Counted from the first letter of the stretch, positions 40,597 to 51,415 are shown. The stretch: 64,000 nt of DNA from Sphingobacteriaceae bacterium (GCA_947479815.1 CANKAT010000002.1:4291-68290), one strand, 5' to 3'. Notes: generated by a model not told the origin, from the sequence alone. Numbers and translations are program-made.

Positions 40597-41835
40597 TTAT
40601 GCAACTTTAAGTTTTTTCAGATCAGATTTTTCAAATTTATCTTTGGCATAATCCAGTGTGATATACAACTCTTTTCCTATTTTACCAGAGGGTGTTTCAT
40701 ACATTGCATCGATCATAATTGCTTCACAAATAGACCTTAAGCCTCTAGCTCCAAGCTTAAATTCCATTGCTTTATCTACAATGAATTCCATTACATCTTT
40801 TTCAAAATCAAGATTCACATGCTCGTATTCAAACAACTTTTTATATTGCTTGATTAAAGAATTCCTTGGCTCAGTTAAAATACTTAATAAAGTATCCCTA
40901 TCCAATGGATTCAAGTGAGTAATAACCGGAAGCCTACCAATTAATTCAGGAATAAGCCCAAATGACTTCAGATCCTGGGGAGTAATGTATTTATATAGGT
41001 TCTTGAGGTCAATAGTAAACTCATCTTTTTCAACCTTATATCCAACTGTTTGAGTTCGAAGCCTGTTTGCGATCTTCTTCTCAATCCCATCAAATGCCCC
41101 TCCGCAAATAAAAAGTATATTATTAGTGTTCACAGCGATCATTTTCTGATCCGGATGTTTTCTTCCTCCCTGCGGTGGAACATTAACTATAGTTCCTTCT
41201 AATATCTTCAACAAAGCCTGCTGAACTCCTTCACCTGATACATCCCGGGTTATCGAAGGATTATCACTTTTTCGGGCAATCTTATCTACCTCATCGATAT
41301 ATACAATTCCACGTTCAGCAGCAGTGACATCGTAATCTGCAGCCTGCAGTAAACGCGTTAAAATGCTTTCTACATCCTCTCCTACATATCCTGCCTCAGT
41401 TAATACGGTTGCATCACAGATACAGAAAGGTACATTTAATACTTTGGCAATTGTTTTGGCAAGTAAGGTTTTTCCTGTTCCGGTTTCGCCAACCATAATG
41501 ATATTTGACTTCTCAATTTCAACCTCATCCTTGCCAATTTTTTGGTTCAAACGTTTGTAGTGATTATAAACTGCTACAGCAAGTATTTTTTTTGCTTGGT
41601 CTTGTCCAATAACATATTGGTCAAGATGCGTCTTGATCTCTATCGGCTTTAAAAGTGTTTCAAAAGTTTGAGTAGATTTAGTTTTACGGACATTAAGTTC
41701 TTCAGCCAATATCTGATTAGCCTGAGTAACACATTTATCACAAATGTGAGCATCAAGACCCGCAATCAGCATGAGCGTATCCTGCTTGCCGGAGCCGCAG
41801 AATGAACATTTAACATCTTTATTTACTTTACTCAT
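40597..41835 (-). CDS. clpX: ATP-dependent Clp protease ATP-binding subunit ClpX
   Basis: Zinc ribbon CSFCG...CDKC, Walker A GETGTGKT, Walker B VYIDEVDK. Confidence 0.97.
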   Translation of the reverse strand: MSKVNKDVKCSFCGSGKQDTLMLIAGLDAHICDKCVTQANQILAEELNVRKTKSTQTFETLLKPIEIKTHLDQYVIGQDQAKKILAVAVYNHYKRLNQKIGKDEVEIEKSNIIMVGETGTGKTLLAKTIAKVLNVPFCICDATVLTEAGYVGEDVESILTRLLQAADYDVTAAERGIVYIDEVDKIARKSDNPSITRDVSGEGVQQALLKILEGTIVNVPPQGGRKHPDQKMIAVNTNNILFICGGAFDGIEKKIANRLRTQTVGYKVEKDEFTIDLKNLYKYITPQDLKSFGLIPELIGRLPVITHLNPLDRDTLLSILTEPRNSLIKQYKKLFEYEHVNLDFEKDVMEFIVDKAMEFKLGARGLRSICEAIMIDAMYETPSGKIGKELYITLDYAKDKFEKSDLKKLKVA

Positions 41836-41837
41836 GC

Positions 41838-42536
41838 TTATTTGTCTCCGGTTCCAACTAATACTTCATCAATCATACCAAACTCTTTTGCTTCATTTGC
41901 AATCATCCAGTAATCGCGGTCAGATGCTTTTTCAACCCAGTCATAAGTTTGTCCAGAATGTTTGGCTATGATATCGTAAAGTTCTTTTTTAAGTTTTAAC
42001 ATCTCACGAAGGTTGATCTCCATATCTGATGCAACTCCCTGAGCACCACCAGAAGGCTGGTGAATCATTACTCTTGAATGAGGCAATGCCGCTCTTTTAC
42101 CTTTGGTTCCTGCGCAAAGCAATACAGCAGCCATTGAGGCTGCCATACCTGTACAGATAGTAGCAACATCTGGTGTAATGTATTGCATCGTATCATAGAT
42201 ACCTAAACCAGCATATACAGAACCACCGGGAGAATTAATATAAATCTGAATATCTCTTTTAGCATCAGTTGATTGTAGGAACAATAACTGTGCTTGAATG
42301 ATATTTGCAATTCCTTCATGAACAGCATCACCTAAAAAGATAATCCTATCCATCATTAAACGTGAAAACACATCCATTTGCGCTACGTTCAATTGACGCT
42401 CCTCAATAATGTAAGGTGTCATTGCAGTAGGTATGGAAGCATTTTGAACCCTACCTATAAAACTATCTACATGGTGGCCACCAATGCGATGATGTTTTAC
42501 CGCATATTTTCTGAATTCGTTCTTATCAATGTTCAT
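41838..42536 (-). CDS. clpP: ATP-dependent Clp protease proteolytic subunit ClpP
   Basis: Catalytic contexts GMAASMAA (Ser), MIHQP (His), DRDYWM (Asp). 2-nt gap to clpX. Confidence 0.97.
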   Translation of the reverse strand: MNIDKNEFRKYAVKHHRIGGHHVDSFIGRVQNASIPTAMTPYIIEERQLNVAQMDVFSRLMMDRIIFLGDAVHEGIANIIQAQLLFLQSTDAKRDIQIYINSPGGSVYAGLGIYDTMQYITPDVATICTGMAASMAAVLLCAGTKGKRAALPHSRVMIHQPSGGAQGVASDMEINLREMLKLKKELYDIIAKHSGQTYDWVEKASDRDYWMIANEAKEFGMIDEVLVGTGDK

Positions 42537-42629
42537 TTTGAAATATTCTAATTATAATTTAACATTTATTTTTTATGTTGTAAATCAATGATCAAAATAA
42601 ATGGAATTAATAAGTCCAAAAATCATTAT

Positions 42630-43976
42630 TTACTTCAAATCAAGGAATTTATCATATTGAATATCCTTTTTGTCTAAGGTAATAACACCTTTGAGATATT
42701 CAAATACATGCTGAGCTTTTACCTCTTCAAATATCCTGTTTGCATTTTCTTTATTCTGCAAAAACTGTGCTGTATATTGTCCAAGTTGTTCTTCAGAAAG
42801 TGGCTGCGGACTATACATACGGAACTGAGAATCTAAACGATTTTTAGCAGCCGCAAAAACTTCTTCATACTTGATCTCCAGTTTATTTTCCTTGATGATT
42901 TTATTTTCAATTAATGTCCAGCGCAAGTTACGAGCAAAATCATCATAACCTTGTGCCAATTCCTCATCACTTAGTTTTTCATTAGTTGCTTTTAGCCAAC
43001 GTCTTAAAAATTCATCAGGAAGACTAAGTTTAGCTTTTTCTAAACCAAACTGAAGCATATCTGCCTGAAGCTTCTGGTCAGCATTTTGAACCATCATGCT
43101 TTCAAGCTCTTCTTTGATTTTTTCTTTAAACTCTTTTTCAGTTTTAACTATATCAGCACCAAATATCTTATCAAAGAACTCCTGATTTAAATCTCCTTCT
43201 TCTAGACGATTAATATTTTGAACCGTTAACTGAAATTTAGATTTAAGGTCTTGAGCATCTTCTTCAGAAATATTTAACACCTTGGCAATAATTGTAGCGT
43301 TGCCATCAAATGCTTTCTGAAGATCTACACTCACAACTGCTTCTTTCTTTAATCCAATCAGTGACTTTTTGATCTTAGTATCACTTACCTGATCCAAACG
43401 AACAGATGCAGTAGCACTTATTCCACCTTCAAAAACAGAACCATCTGCAGAAAGCTGCTTTAAATCTGCATATAAAACATCATCATCTGCCGATACGTCA
43501 GGATTTGACATTTTGCCATAGCTTTTTCTTAAGTTCGTGATACGAGATGCTAGAGTTCCAGGATCTACTTTCACCTGATAATAGGTTAATTTGTCTTTTG
43601 ATGTAAATTCAAGTTCAAATTCAGGTGCTAAGCCAAGTTCGTAAACAAACTCAAAATCATCAGTGAAATCCCAATTAAACTCCTTGCTATCATCAATCTT
43701 AGGTAAGGGCTGACCAAGAACTTCAAGTTTATTATCAGTTATATAATTACTTAATGCATCATTCAGAATAGTGTTGACTTCATCAACTAAGATACTCTTA
43801 CCATACATTTTTTTGATATGTGCAGCAGGAACCATTCCGGGACGAAATCCAGGTAATTTTGCTTTTTTTGCTTGGGCTTTGATCGCCTTTTCTACACGCT
43901 CTTTGTAATCTTCAGGATTAATCTTAACAGTTAGTACTGAATTCAGATTGTCTATTTTGTCCTGTTTAATGTTCAT
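42630..43976 (-). CDS. tig: Trigger factor
   Basis: Ribosome-binding motif GFRPGMVP. The ATG at 43976 (MNIKQDKI) is preferred because the longer track ORF (to 44009) starts 2 nt below the base of the stem of the upstream terminator hairpin (44011-44037), inside the terminator feature's T-tract. Confidence 0.93.
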   Translation of the reverse strand: MNIKQDKIDNLNSVLTVKINPEDYKERVEKAIKAQAKKAKLPGFRPGMVPAAHIKKMYGKSILVDEVNTILNDALSNYITDNKLEVLGQPLPKIDDSKEFNWDFTDDFEFVYELGLAPEFELEFTSKDKLTYYQVKVDPGTLASRITNLRKSYGKMSNPDVSADDDVLYADLKQLSADGSVFEGGISATASVRLDQVSDTKIKKSLIGLKKEAVVSVDLQKAFDGNATIIAKVLNISEEDAQDLKSKFQLTVQNINRLEEGDLNQEFFDKIFGADIVKTEKEFKEKIKEELESMMVQNADQKLQADMLQFGLEKAKLSLPDEFLRRWLKATNEKLSDEELAQGYDDFARNLRWTLIENKIIKENKLEIKYEEVFAAAKNRLDSQFRMYSPQPLSEEQLGQYTAQFLQNKENANRIFEEVKAQHVFEYLKGVITLDKKDIQYDKFLDLK

Positions 43977-44006
43977 TGTCTGAGTTTTATGTCGTTTTAG
44001 TTTATA

Positions 44007-44037
44007 CAAAAATTCCCCGGTTTGTAGCCGGGGAATT
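44007..44037 (-). terminator. Hairpin/terminator downstream of tRNA-Leu(TAG)
   Basis: 10-bp stem aattccccgg/ccggggaatt (44011-44037), 7-nt loop, then TTTT on the minus strand. Confidence 0.7.
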
Positions 44038-44043
44038 AATCAG

Positions 44044-44125
44044 TGCGGATGAAGGGACTCGAACCCCCACGCCGTGAAGCGCCAGATCCTAAGTCTGGTG
44101 CGGCTACCAATTACGCCACATCCGC
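44044..44125 (-). tRNA. tRNA-Leu (anticodon TAG)
   Basis: The reverse complement folds as a type II tRNA: acceptor GCGGATG/CATCCGC, anticodon loop CTTAGGA, long variable arm, T-loop GGTTCGAGTCC. 82 nt, CCA not encoded. Confidence 0.9.
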
Positions 44126-44249
44126 ATTTTAGGATTAATTTGAAAATTCTAAAGATCTATGAGCTTTAACACTCAGCTTTTCTAAAGGTAATTCGGTCGG
44201 CAAAACTAACCTTTTTCTACTTAATTACAAAATCTATTATGCTTAATAT

Positions 44250-45050
44250 TTAAGGATGATCATTAATGAGCTTTATAAGTGACCGTAAATAATCGGGGGT
44301 GTGCAAAAGCCGACTGCCATACCAGGAGAAAAGCTCTCCATCAACAATCATAACTTTTGATTCAGGGAACATAGTTTTCATTTCCTGAACATGTTCATCC
44401 TTAAATGGATATGGCTCAGAAGAAAGAAATATAACTTGAGGAGCTAAGTCTTCTAACTGCTCTAAACTCATCGTAGGATACCTGTTCAGTTTAACTGAAT
44501 TATCAAATCCTGCTCTATACAAAATAGCATCTATAAAGGTATTCTTCGCCGCACACATGTAGGGATCCTTCCATATCAAATAGGCAGTCTTCAAATTATT
44601 TGGACTGATCGATTCAAGATCATCAAAACGATTTTTAATGGTTGAAGCCATTAATTTTGCCTTTTCGGCATGCCCAGTTAAAATTCCCACTTGTTCGATC
44701 ATATTTAGAGCATCTTCCAGAACACTGATATCACTCATCCAAACCGGATACTCATCCATTAATTCCTCTATCTGAGCTTGGCTGTTTTCCTCTTTGTTGC
44801 CAATAATAAGGTCAGGGTTTAAGCTTCTTATTTTCTCCAAATTAATTTTTTTTGTGCCTCCAACTTTAGTTTTAGCCTTAAATTTTTCATCTGGATGAAT
44901 ACAAAACTTTGTAATTCCAATTACTTCCTCATCTAAACCCAGATCAAAGAGTAATTCGGTTTGTGAAGGAACGAGCGAAATGATCTTTTTAGGTGGATAA
45001 TTAAAGGAAATAACCCGACCCATTTGATCTGTAAATGTGCGTTTTTGCAT
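44250..45050 (-). CDS. Periplasmic-binding-protein type 2 (BtuF/FhuD-like) protein without signal peptide
   Basis: IISLVPSQTELLFDLGL and DLIIGNKE blocks typical of cobalamin/siderophore-binding proteins. The N-terminus MQKRTFTDQMGRV is not signal-like. Confidence 0.7.
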   Translation of the reverse strand: MQKRTFTDQMGRVISFNYPPKKIISLVPSQTELLFDLGLDEEVIGITKFCIHPDEKFKAKTKVGGTKKINLEKIRSLNPDLIIGNKEENSQAQIEELMDEYPVWMSDISVLEDALNMIEQVGILTGHAEKAKLMASTIKNRFDDLESISPNNLKTAYLIWKDPYMCAAKNTFIDAILYRAGFDNSVKLNRYPTMSLEQLEDLAPQVIFLSSEPYPFKDEHVQEMKTMFPESKVMIVDGELFSWYGSRLLHTPDYLRSLIKLINDHP

Positions 45051-45079
45051 ACTTTTACAAAGTAAGCTATTTTTTATAA

Positions 45080-46429
45080 ATGCCTAAATTAACAATGTAC
45101 TCATTACTGATCCTATCTCTTGCAGGATACGTTCTGATAGGCTATTTTATTGAAAGATCAAACTTTGAACTTCTCATTACCGCATATAGTTCCTTATTTC
45201 TATTCAGTTATTTGATACTAAAAAATAAAAGACATTATAATTTTAAGGTTCTTCTGCTTAGCGGCATTTTATTTCGGTTTTGCCTCATTTTTTCGACACC
45301 AGCTTTGTCTGATGATTTTTATCGCTTTTTCTGGGATGGCCGAATTCAACAATTAGGTTTTAATCCATTTGACTTCACACCCAGGCAATTATTAAATCAG
45401 AATTCAGATGCCTTTTTAAGCCAATTGTTTCCATACCTCAACTCACCTGATTATTTCAGTGTTTATCCTCGGTTATCTCAGATCCTTTTTAACGTAGTAT
45501 CAATTATTGGGAAGGATAGTTTGCAAACAAATTTAATTGTAATGAAGTCAATAATCTTCCTTACTGAAATTGGCACTCTTTACCTTTTGAACACACTAGT
45601 AAATAAAAGAAAACAAGATCCTTCAATCCTTTTAATCTATCTACTCAACCCGCTGGTAATCATAGAACTTACGGGCAATATACACCTAGAAGCATTCATG
45701 ATCTTCTTTTTCTTGCTTGCCGTAATGCTTTTTTACAGGCAGCGATTGATTGGGTCTGCAACTGCATTAACTCTATCGGTACAGACAAAGCTATTACCGA
45801 TACTTGCCATACCCTTTCTCATTAAAAAAATTGGAATCAAGAAAACGGTTGGGTATGGATTAGTATGCCTTTTAATAACCTTAATCATTAGCATCGGAAG
45901 TATCAATACGAGCGAGCGAGTTTCTCATATTGCCGAAAGCCTCAATCTATATTATGGAAAGTTTGAATTTAATGGGGGTATCTATTTATTTTTTAGAAGT
46001 ATAGGATGGATGGTCATGGGCTATAATCCAATTGCCATTTTGAGTAAGCTGATGATACTTTTTACCCTATCAGGAATTTTATTTGTTTATCTGAAAGAGT
46101 CGGATATGCTCTCTGGTTTCTTCTGGACACTCCTTATTTATCTTGGGTTTGCAGCAATCATTCATCCCTGGTATCTGACACCACTGGTTGCCTTAAGCAT
46201 ATTTGTCAGATATCGGTTTATTCTGGTATGGTCTGCTCTAATCCCTCTAAGTTACATCAGCTACAAAACTTTACCCTACAGTGAAAATTATTGGATAACA
46301 GGATTAGAATATTTAGTTGTAATGGGATACTTACTTTGGGAACTGAAAATCTTATCTGTTAATTCTATACCAGCTAATTTAGAGCATGAGAAATTGACGA
46401 AAGAGTCAAACAAAACAATAGAATACTGA
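45080..46429 (+). CDS. Polytopic membrane protein, putative GT-C-type glycosyltransferase (DUF2029/PIG-M-like)
   Basis: 449 aa with at least 10 hydrophobic segments. The first extracytoplasmic loop carries the acidic motif SDDFYRFFWDGRIQQLGFNPF, reminiscent of GT-C first-loop motifs. Function not established. Confidence 0.5.
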   Translation: MPKLTMYSLLILSLAGYVLIGYFIERSNFELLITAYSSLFLFSYLILKNKRHYNFKVLLLSGILFRFCLIFSTPALSDDFYRFFWDGRIQQLGFNPFDFTPRQLLNQNSDAFLSQLFPYLNSPDYFSVYPRLSQILFNVVSIIGKDSLQTNLIVMKSIIFLTEIGTLYLLNTLVNKRKQDPSILLIYLLNPLVIIELTGNIHLEAFMIFFFLLAVMLFYRQRLIGSATALTLSVQTKLLPILAIPFLIKKIGIKKTVGYGLVCLLITLIISIGSINTSERVSHIAESLNLYYGKFEFNGGIYLFFRSIGWMVMGYNPIAILSKLMILFTLSGILFVYLKESDMLSGFFWTLLIYLGFAAIIHPWYLTPLVALSIFVRYRFILVWSALIPLSYISYKTLPYSENYWITGLEYLVVMGYLLWELKILSVNSIPANLEHEKLTKESNKTIEY

Positions 46430-46458
46430 TATTTAATTCCTAATTAACACCTTTAAGG

Positions 46459-46839
46459 CTAATCTTCATAAAAATCTTGAAGTGCACCAAAATAGTTTAA
46501 ATTCCAGCCATCGATCATATCCTTAAAATCGGAATCAGGAATATTTGTGTGACGGAGTTCAAGCGAAGTCCCATTTTTATCGGGATGAAGTATAAAAGTC
46601 ACCATTGATTCTTCGGGCTGATCACCAAAGTACCATTGCTGAACTATTTTTTTATTCTCAATAAATTCTACATTCTTTCCAACAATACTATCATCCCAAA
46701 GAGAAAACTCAGAACCAGGTTCTGTACTCATTATTGCTTCGGCACCCGTCCATAATAAAATGGTAAGTGGATTAGTTAATGCCAGATAAACTTCTTCAGG
46801 ACTTGCCTGTATGAGATAGTAATTTTTAAAATCTTTCAT
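46459..46839 (-). CDS. SRPBCC protein (AHSA1/Aha1-like)
   Basis: ASPEEVYLALTNP...LWTG and FILHPDKNGTSLELRHTNIP blocks. The track start 46911 is GTG; the ATG at 46839 is preferred. Confidence 0.6.
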   Translation of the reverse strand: MKDFKNYYLIQASPEEVYLALTNPLTILLWTGAEAIMSTEPGSEFSLWDDSIVGKNVEFIENKKIVQQWYFGDQPEESMVTFILHPDKNGTSLELRHTNIPDSDFKDMIDGWNLNYFGALQDFYED

Positions 46840-47053
46840 AATTTCTGGCACAAATCTAACACAAATGGACGGATTATTCGAGTAAATAAGATGATCATCC
46901 AACGCTAACACATAGAAATTTAGAACTATACGGATGTTTGATACTACAGATATAGGAATTAAAATATAGACCCAAACAAATAGGCAAAGGGAAGAATTAT
47001 GAAGTCAAAAAGATGCGAAAGAGCGCGCTAATTAAATGAAATGATCAAAACGA

Positions 47054-47113
47054 GATCAATGAAGGTATAGCAATTGGTTCCCTAAAATAGTGATCAATGA
47101 AGGGTAGCTAATT
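47054..47113. repeat. Imperfect ~22-bp direct repeat in an AT-rich intergenic region
   Basis: gatcaatgaaggtatagcaatt (47054-47075) and gatcaatgaagggtagctaatt (47092-47113); the first 12 nt are identical. A third GATCAA is at 47043. Confidence 0.5.
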
Positions 47114-47205
47114 CAAATAATATATTAAACTTTATATACGCAGAAGAAGTATAATTTATCACATTAATTGGAACCATTCAGGCCAGTAAAAAAACCCAGA
47201 TAATT

Positions 47206-47232
47206 AAAAAGGCCTGCTATGCAGGCCTTTTT
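47206..47232 (-). terminator. Intrinsic terminator of the histone-like gene
   Basis: Stem ggcctgc/gcaggcc (47211-47227), 3-nt loop, flanked by A5 and T5. Confidence 0.8.
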
Positions 47233-47256
47233 AATTATTTTCAATAGTAGGTCTAA

Positions 47257-47436
47257 TTATTTACCACTATTTTTCTTCTCAGTAACTTCATTTCTGATTT
47301 CCTGAGCTAAATTTTTTAAATCTTGCATTCCTTTACGAACTCTTGTTCCGGCTGCACTGTTTCCTGAATTGTAGAATTTGCTCGCGTCAACTTCAACTGA
47401 AGCAAACAGATCTTTCATTTTTGTAAATTTATTCAT
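47257..47436 (-). CDS. Histone H1/Hc1-like small basic nucleoid protein
   Basis: 59 aa from MNKFTKM; FYNSGNSAAGTRVRKGMQDLKNLAQEIR matches the Bacteroidota histone-H1-like family as I recall it. The candidate promoter lies inside the longer track ORF, which supports the ATG at 47436. Confidence 0.7.
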   Translation of the reverse strand: MNKFTKMKDLFASVEVDASKFYNSGNSAAGTRVRKGMQDLKNLAQEIRNEVTEKKNSGK

Positions 47437-47457
47437 CGTTTTTTTTTTAAGGTTAAA

Positions 47458-47465
47458 CAAATCTA
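47458..47465 (-). promoter_or_regulatory. Candidate -7 box (TAGATTTG on minus strand) for the histone-like gene
   Basis: Plus-strand caaatcta is the reverse complement of TAnnTTTG, 21 nt upstream of the ATG at 47436. Confidence 0.45.
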
Positions 47466-47845
47466 ATTTAATTACATGTATTGACAAGTCCTTTTTGAAT
47501 TATTTTTTATCAAATATTAATTTATAATTAATATTTGATCATTAAAAGAAAAAATAATAAAAATTCTTCCAAATTTTACTGTCTGACCATCTTCTGTCAA
47601 AAAAAAATACTTCTCAAAAACCAGATTAAGTACTTTAAAAATCTCAACTTAAGAGACCTAAATCATTATAAAAATGAATGATATCATTCATCGAATAGCG
47701 ATAAACAACTATAATTAGTCATTGCATTACTATTAGCTGTCTGAATGTTAACGAATGAACATGAACCGAGAATCAGTACGTATTGAAAAAATATTAATTG
47801 ACATTAAAGAGTATTCATTAAATATCTCAATGCTAATTTAAAATC

Positions 47846-49027
47846 CTATATCATCTTTAATCCATCTTCCAGATCCTGAAGGAGGTCATCAACAGATTCA
47901 ATTCCTACTGAATAACGAATCAAACTTTCAGGTATACCCAAAATAGCACGCTGGGCTTCTGTTAATTCGACATGGCTTGTGGTACGTGGCGGGCCGGCAA
48001 GTGTACTTACAGAGCCAAGGCTAGCAGCCAAGTGCACCAGTTTTAATGAAGGAAGGAACTTTTCGACCAGGTTGTATCCCCCATCCAGAGCAAAACTTAA
48101 CATACCTCCAAATCCACGCATCTGAGATTTAGCTATATCATGCCCAATATGTGTTTCAAGTCCAGGATAAAACACATCACTAACCTTAGAATGAGCCTTA
48201 AGATATCTTGCAATTTTCATAGCTGATTCATTTTGACGAGAAACTCTTAATTCAAGAGTTTTCATGCCCCTAGCAATCATATATGCAGGATCAGCCTGTA
48301 GGCTTGCACCATTAATCTCCCTAAAATGGAATACCTTCTGAACAAGTTCCTTATTTCCTGCTAATATACCTCCCATCGCATCTGAATGACCACAGAGGTA
48401 TTTAGTAGCACTATGCAGAACCAAATCTGCACCTAAAGACAATGGGTTTTGATTTATTGGAGTAGCAAAGGTATTATCTACAACAACTATAGCTCCAACT
48501 TTCTTCGCGGCTAATGCAATACGCTTGATATCTACTATCTTAAGCGTGGGATTCGTGGGTGTTTCCAGGTAAACTAAATCGCAACCTTTGGCAATTTCCA
48601 TTTCCATTTCCTGATGATTTCCTGTTTCACAAAGCTTGATATCTACTTTATAATCAGGGAAAAAATCGAGAAATAATTTACTTGTACCTCCATAGGTATC
48701 CTTTACTGAAACAACTCTCTTTCCAGGCTTGAGGAAAGTAAACAGGGTGTTACTAATTGCTGCCATACCCGTAGCAAATGCCGTTGCTGCCTCAGCTCCT
48801 TCAAGTACTCTAATCTTTTCTTCCAAAGAGGCAACTGTAGGATTGGTATTACGGCTATAAATAAAACCATCTTCCTTTCCTACTGAAATATCATACCATT
48901 TATCAAGATTATTATAGGCAAATGCAACGCTATTTACAATTGGAGTTGTAACTGCTTCTTTAAAATAAGGATTATCTTCTCCGGCCCAAACGGCTTGAGT
49001 TGCTTTGTTATATTTTTTATTTTTCAT
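47846..49027 (-). CDS. Cys/Met-metabolism PLP enzyme (cystathionine gamma-lyase/synthase or methionine gamma-lyase family)
   Basis: PLP-lysine context HSATKYLCGHSD and DNTFATP block. 393 aa. Confidence 0.9.
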   Translation of the reverse strand: MKNKKYNKATQAVWAGEDNPYFKEAVTTPIVNSVAFAYNNLDKWYDISVGKEDGFIYSRNTNPTVASLEEKIRVLEGAEAATAFATGMAAISNTLFTFLKPGKRVVSVKDTYGGTSKLFLDFFPDYKVDIKLCETGNHQEMEMEIAKGCDLVYLETPTNPTLKIVDIKRIALAAKKVGAIVVVDNTFATPINQNPLSLGADLVLHSATKYLCGHSDAMGGILAGNKELVQKVFHFREINGASLQADPAYMIARGMKTLELRVSRQNESAMKIARYLKAHSKVSDVFYPGLETHIGHDIAKSQMRGFGGMLSFALDGGYNLVEKFLPSLKLVHLAASLGSVSTLAGPPRTTSHVELTEAQRAILGIPESLIRYSVGIESVDDLLQDLEDGLKMI

Positions 49028-49417
49028 AATTCGATTGTACAGATACTCCAGATTATTTCTCTTTATTTAGGCCAAAAAGATAAAATTTGCCTATTTAATA
49101 AATGAAGATGGCTGGTTTGAGACTAAAATGATAGGCTTGAGCAAAACATCATGAACTATGAGATCAAGAACAATAATCTTTAAATCACCTAATCAATTTT
49201 TCTATCTACATTATTGCAAATGTAAGTCATGAATCTACCTTTAGATTCTTATTATTCAAAATAGCTATAAAAATGTTGTGAAGAAAATAGTAAATCCTTG
49301 CATTTTGTGAAAAAATATGATCTAAAAAATGTGAGAATACCCCTCAGAATTTTTAGTTTTAATACCTTATATTTAGTGTAAACATATTCAACAAAACTTC
49401 ATTATAAAGTCATTTCT

Positions 49418-51415
49418 ATGAAAAGAATTTCATTGATCAGCCTATTAATCCTAGGGCTTAGCAGTGTCATCGCACAAACAAAAAGCAACTGGTCGCCCAC
49501 GCAGACCATTAAGCACAAAGTAATCAGTACAGTTAGGGTTTCTCCGAATGGAGAAAAAGTGGTTTATGCTGTAAAGGAACTTAAAACAATTGAAGGTAAA
49601 AGCGAATTTATCAATCATCTTTTTATATCAGACATTAATAATACGAATACCATTCAGCTTACTCAGGGCGAAAAGAACAATATTAATCCCAAATGGAGCC
49701 CTGATGGAAAAAAGATCGCATTTGTCAGCAACCGTGACGGAAAGAACAACTTATACTTCCTGAAGTTAGGAGCAGGTGAAGCAGAGCGGTTAACTGACAT
49801 TAAAACCGGAATAAACGATTTTAAGTGGAGTACTACAGGCAATCAAATTGCATTTACCAGTTCTGATTTTGAAACAGAAGAAGAAACTGGGAACAAAAAG
49901 TCGGGGAACGATTGGTATTTCATGAATGAAAATTTTAAGCAAGGACGCCTCCATTTGCTTCAGCTAAACAAAAAAGATAAAAATGGGATGCCTCAGATTA
50001 CAACGCTTAGCAAGGAGAACAGACATATCAATTCATTTAGCTGGAGTCCGGATGATCAATGGATTGCCTATGCTCATGCGGCCTCTGCAGGTGTTGAAGA
50101 CAATACGTTCTGTGATATATCAATGATCAAAATCAGTTCAGGTGAAGTGAAAATTATTGCCAATACTACGGTGGGTGAAAATCAACCCTTATTCAGCCCT
50201 GATGGCAAATTCATAGCCTATTATAATCTGGATGAAAAAGGAATTTGGGGAGGTAAAACTTCTGTTAAGATTTTTGCTCTTGAGGATGGAAGCGTTCAAA
50301 CATTGGCTGATACGCCGAATGGCCCGGCTGAACTAATTGGCTGGAGCAACGATGGAAAAACAGTTTATACTCTTGAGCCATTTCATACTAGCACCAAAAT
50401 ATTCAGGCTAAGCAGTGATGGGAAACAGGCAACTGAATGGACTACTGGTACAAAGGGCGTATTGAGCGGAGTTGAATTGAATAGCAAGGGCACCCATTTC
50501 GGTTTTACATTTCAGGATACTTCAATACCACAGGACGGCTATATTAGCAGTGTAAGCAACTTCTCAGCCCAAAAAATAAGTACTATTAATCCTGAGCTTG
50601 CCAGTTTGCCGGTTCCAAAAACCGAGCTGATCTCATGGAAGAGTTTTGATGGAATGGAAATTGAAGGACTCTTAACCTTTCCTCTAAACTATGAGGCAGG
50701 TAAAAAATATCCTTTTATTCTCAACATTCATGGCGGTCCGGCAGGGGTATTTAGCGAAAGTTTTATTGCCGTGTCGGGTATTTATCCACTTGCTGCCCTA
50801 GCAGAAAACGACATCTTTATTCTCAGACCAAACCCCAGAGGATCAAATGGTTATGGATTGAAATTCAGGGAAGCTAATCACCGCGACTGGGGTGGTAGCG
50901 ATTACAAAGATTTGATGGCCGGAGTTGATTATGTTATTACAAAAGGATGGGCAGATCCCAATAAAATGGGTGTAATGGGATGGAGTTATGGTGGATTTAT
51001 GAGTAGTTGGATTGTTGGTCACACCAACCGTTTTAAAGTTGCAAGCATTGGGGCACCTGCAGTTGACCTGGCAACTCAAGACCTGACCGATGATATTCCA
51101 GGTTTTCTTCCTTCCTACATGGAAAAACAACCATATCAAGACTGGACGGTCTATGACGATCATTCCCCATTGAGATTTGTACAAAATGTAAAAACTCCTG
51201 TCCTTTTGCAACACGGACAGGCAGATATACGAGTGCCCTTCAGCCAGGGTTTAATGTACTATAATGCCTTAAAACGAAGAGGAGTTCCGGTGCGTTTTCT
51301 TGTGCTTCCAAGGCAACCTCATGGTCCTGCAGAGCCATCCATGATTCTTAAAACAGCTCAAACTAATCTGAGCTGGATGTTGCATTATTTGCAGGGTAAA
51401 GAATTAGGATTTTAA
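49418..51415 (+). CDS. S9-family serine peptidase (prolyl oligopeptidase/DPP-like) with N-terminal beta-propeller
   Basis: Signal peptide; WSPDGK/FSPDGK propeller repeats; nucleophile GWSYGG; later QHGQADIRVP and PRQPHG (Asp/His contexts). Confidence 0.9.
   Translation: MKRISLISLLILGLSSVIAQTKSNWSPTQTIKHKVISTVRVSPNGEKVVYAVKELKTIEGKSEFINHLFISDINNTNTIQLTQGEKNNINPKWSPDGKKIAFVSNRDGKNNLYFLKLGAGEAERLTDIKTGINDFKWSTTGNQIAFTSSDFETEEETGNKKSGNDWYFMNENFKQGRLHLLQLNKKDKNGMPQITTLSKENRHINSFSWSPDDQWIAYAHAASAGVEDNTFCDISMIKISSGEVKIIANTTVGENQPLFSPDGKFIAYYNLDEKGIWGGKTSVKIFALEDGSVQTLADTPNGPAELIGWSNDGKTVYTLEPFHTSTKIFRLSSDGKQATEWTTGTKGVLSGVELNSKGTHFGFTFQDTSIPQDGYISSVSNFSAQKISTINPELASLPVPKTELISWKSFDGMEIEGLLTFPLNYEAGKKYPFILNIHGGPAGVFSESFIAVSGIYPLAALAENDIFILRPNPRGSNGYGLKFREANHRDWGGSDYKDLMAGVDYVITKGWADPNKMGVMGWSYGGFMSSWIVGHTNRFKVASIGAPAVDLATQDLTDDIPGFLPSYMEKQPYQDWTVYDDHSPLRFVQNVKTPVLLQHGQADIRVPFSQGLMYYNALKRRGVPVRFLVLPRQPHGPAEPSMILKTAQTNLSWMLHYLQGKELGF

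Noticed and set aside
49028-49417. SAM or other riboswitch upstream of the Cys/Met PLP gene (minus strand)
   Set aside because: The 390-nt spacer is very AT-rich and lacks the GC-rich conserved cores I know for SAM-I, SAM-II or SAH elements. No convincing helices.
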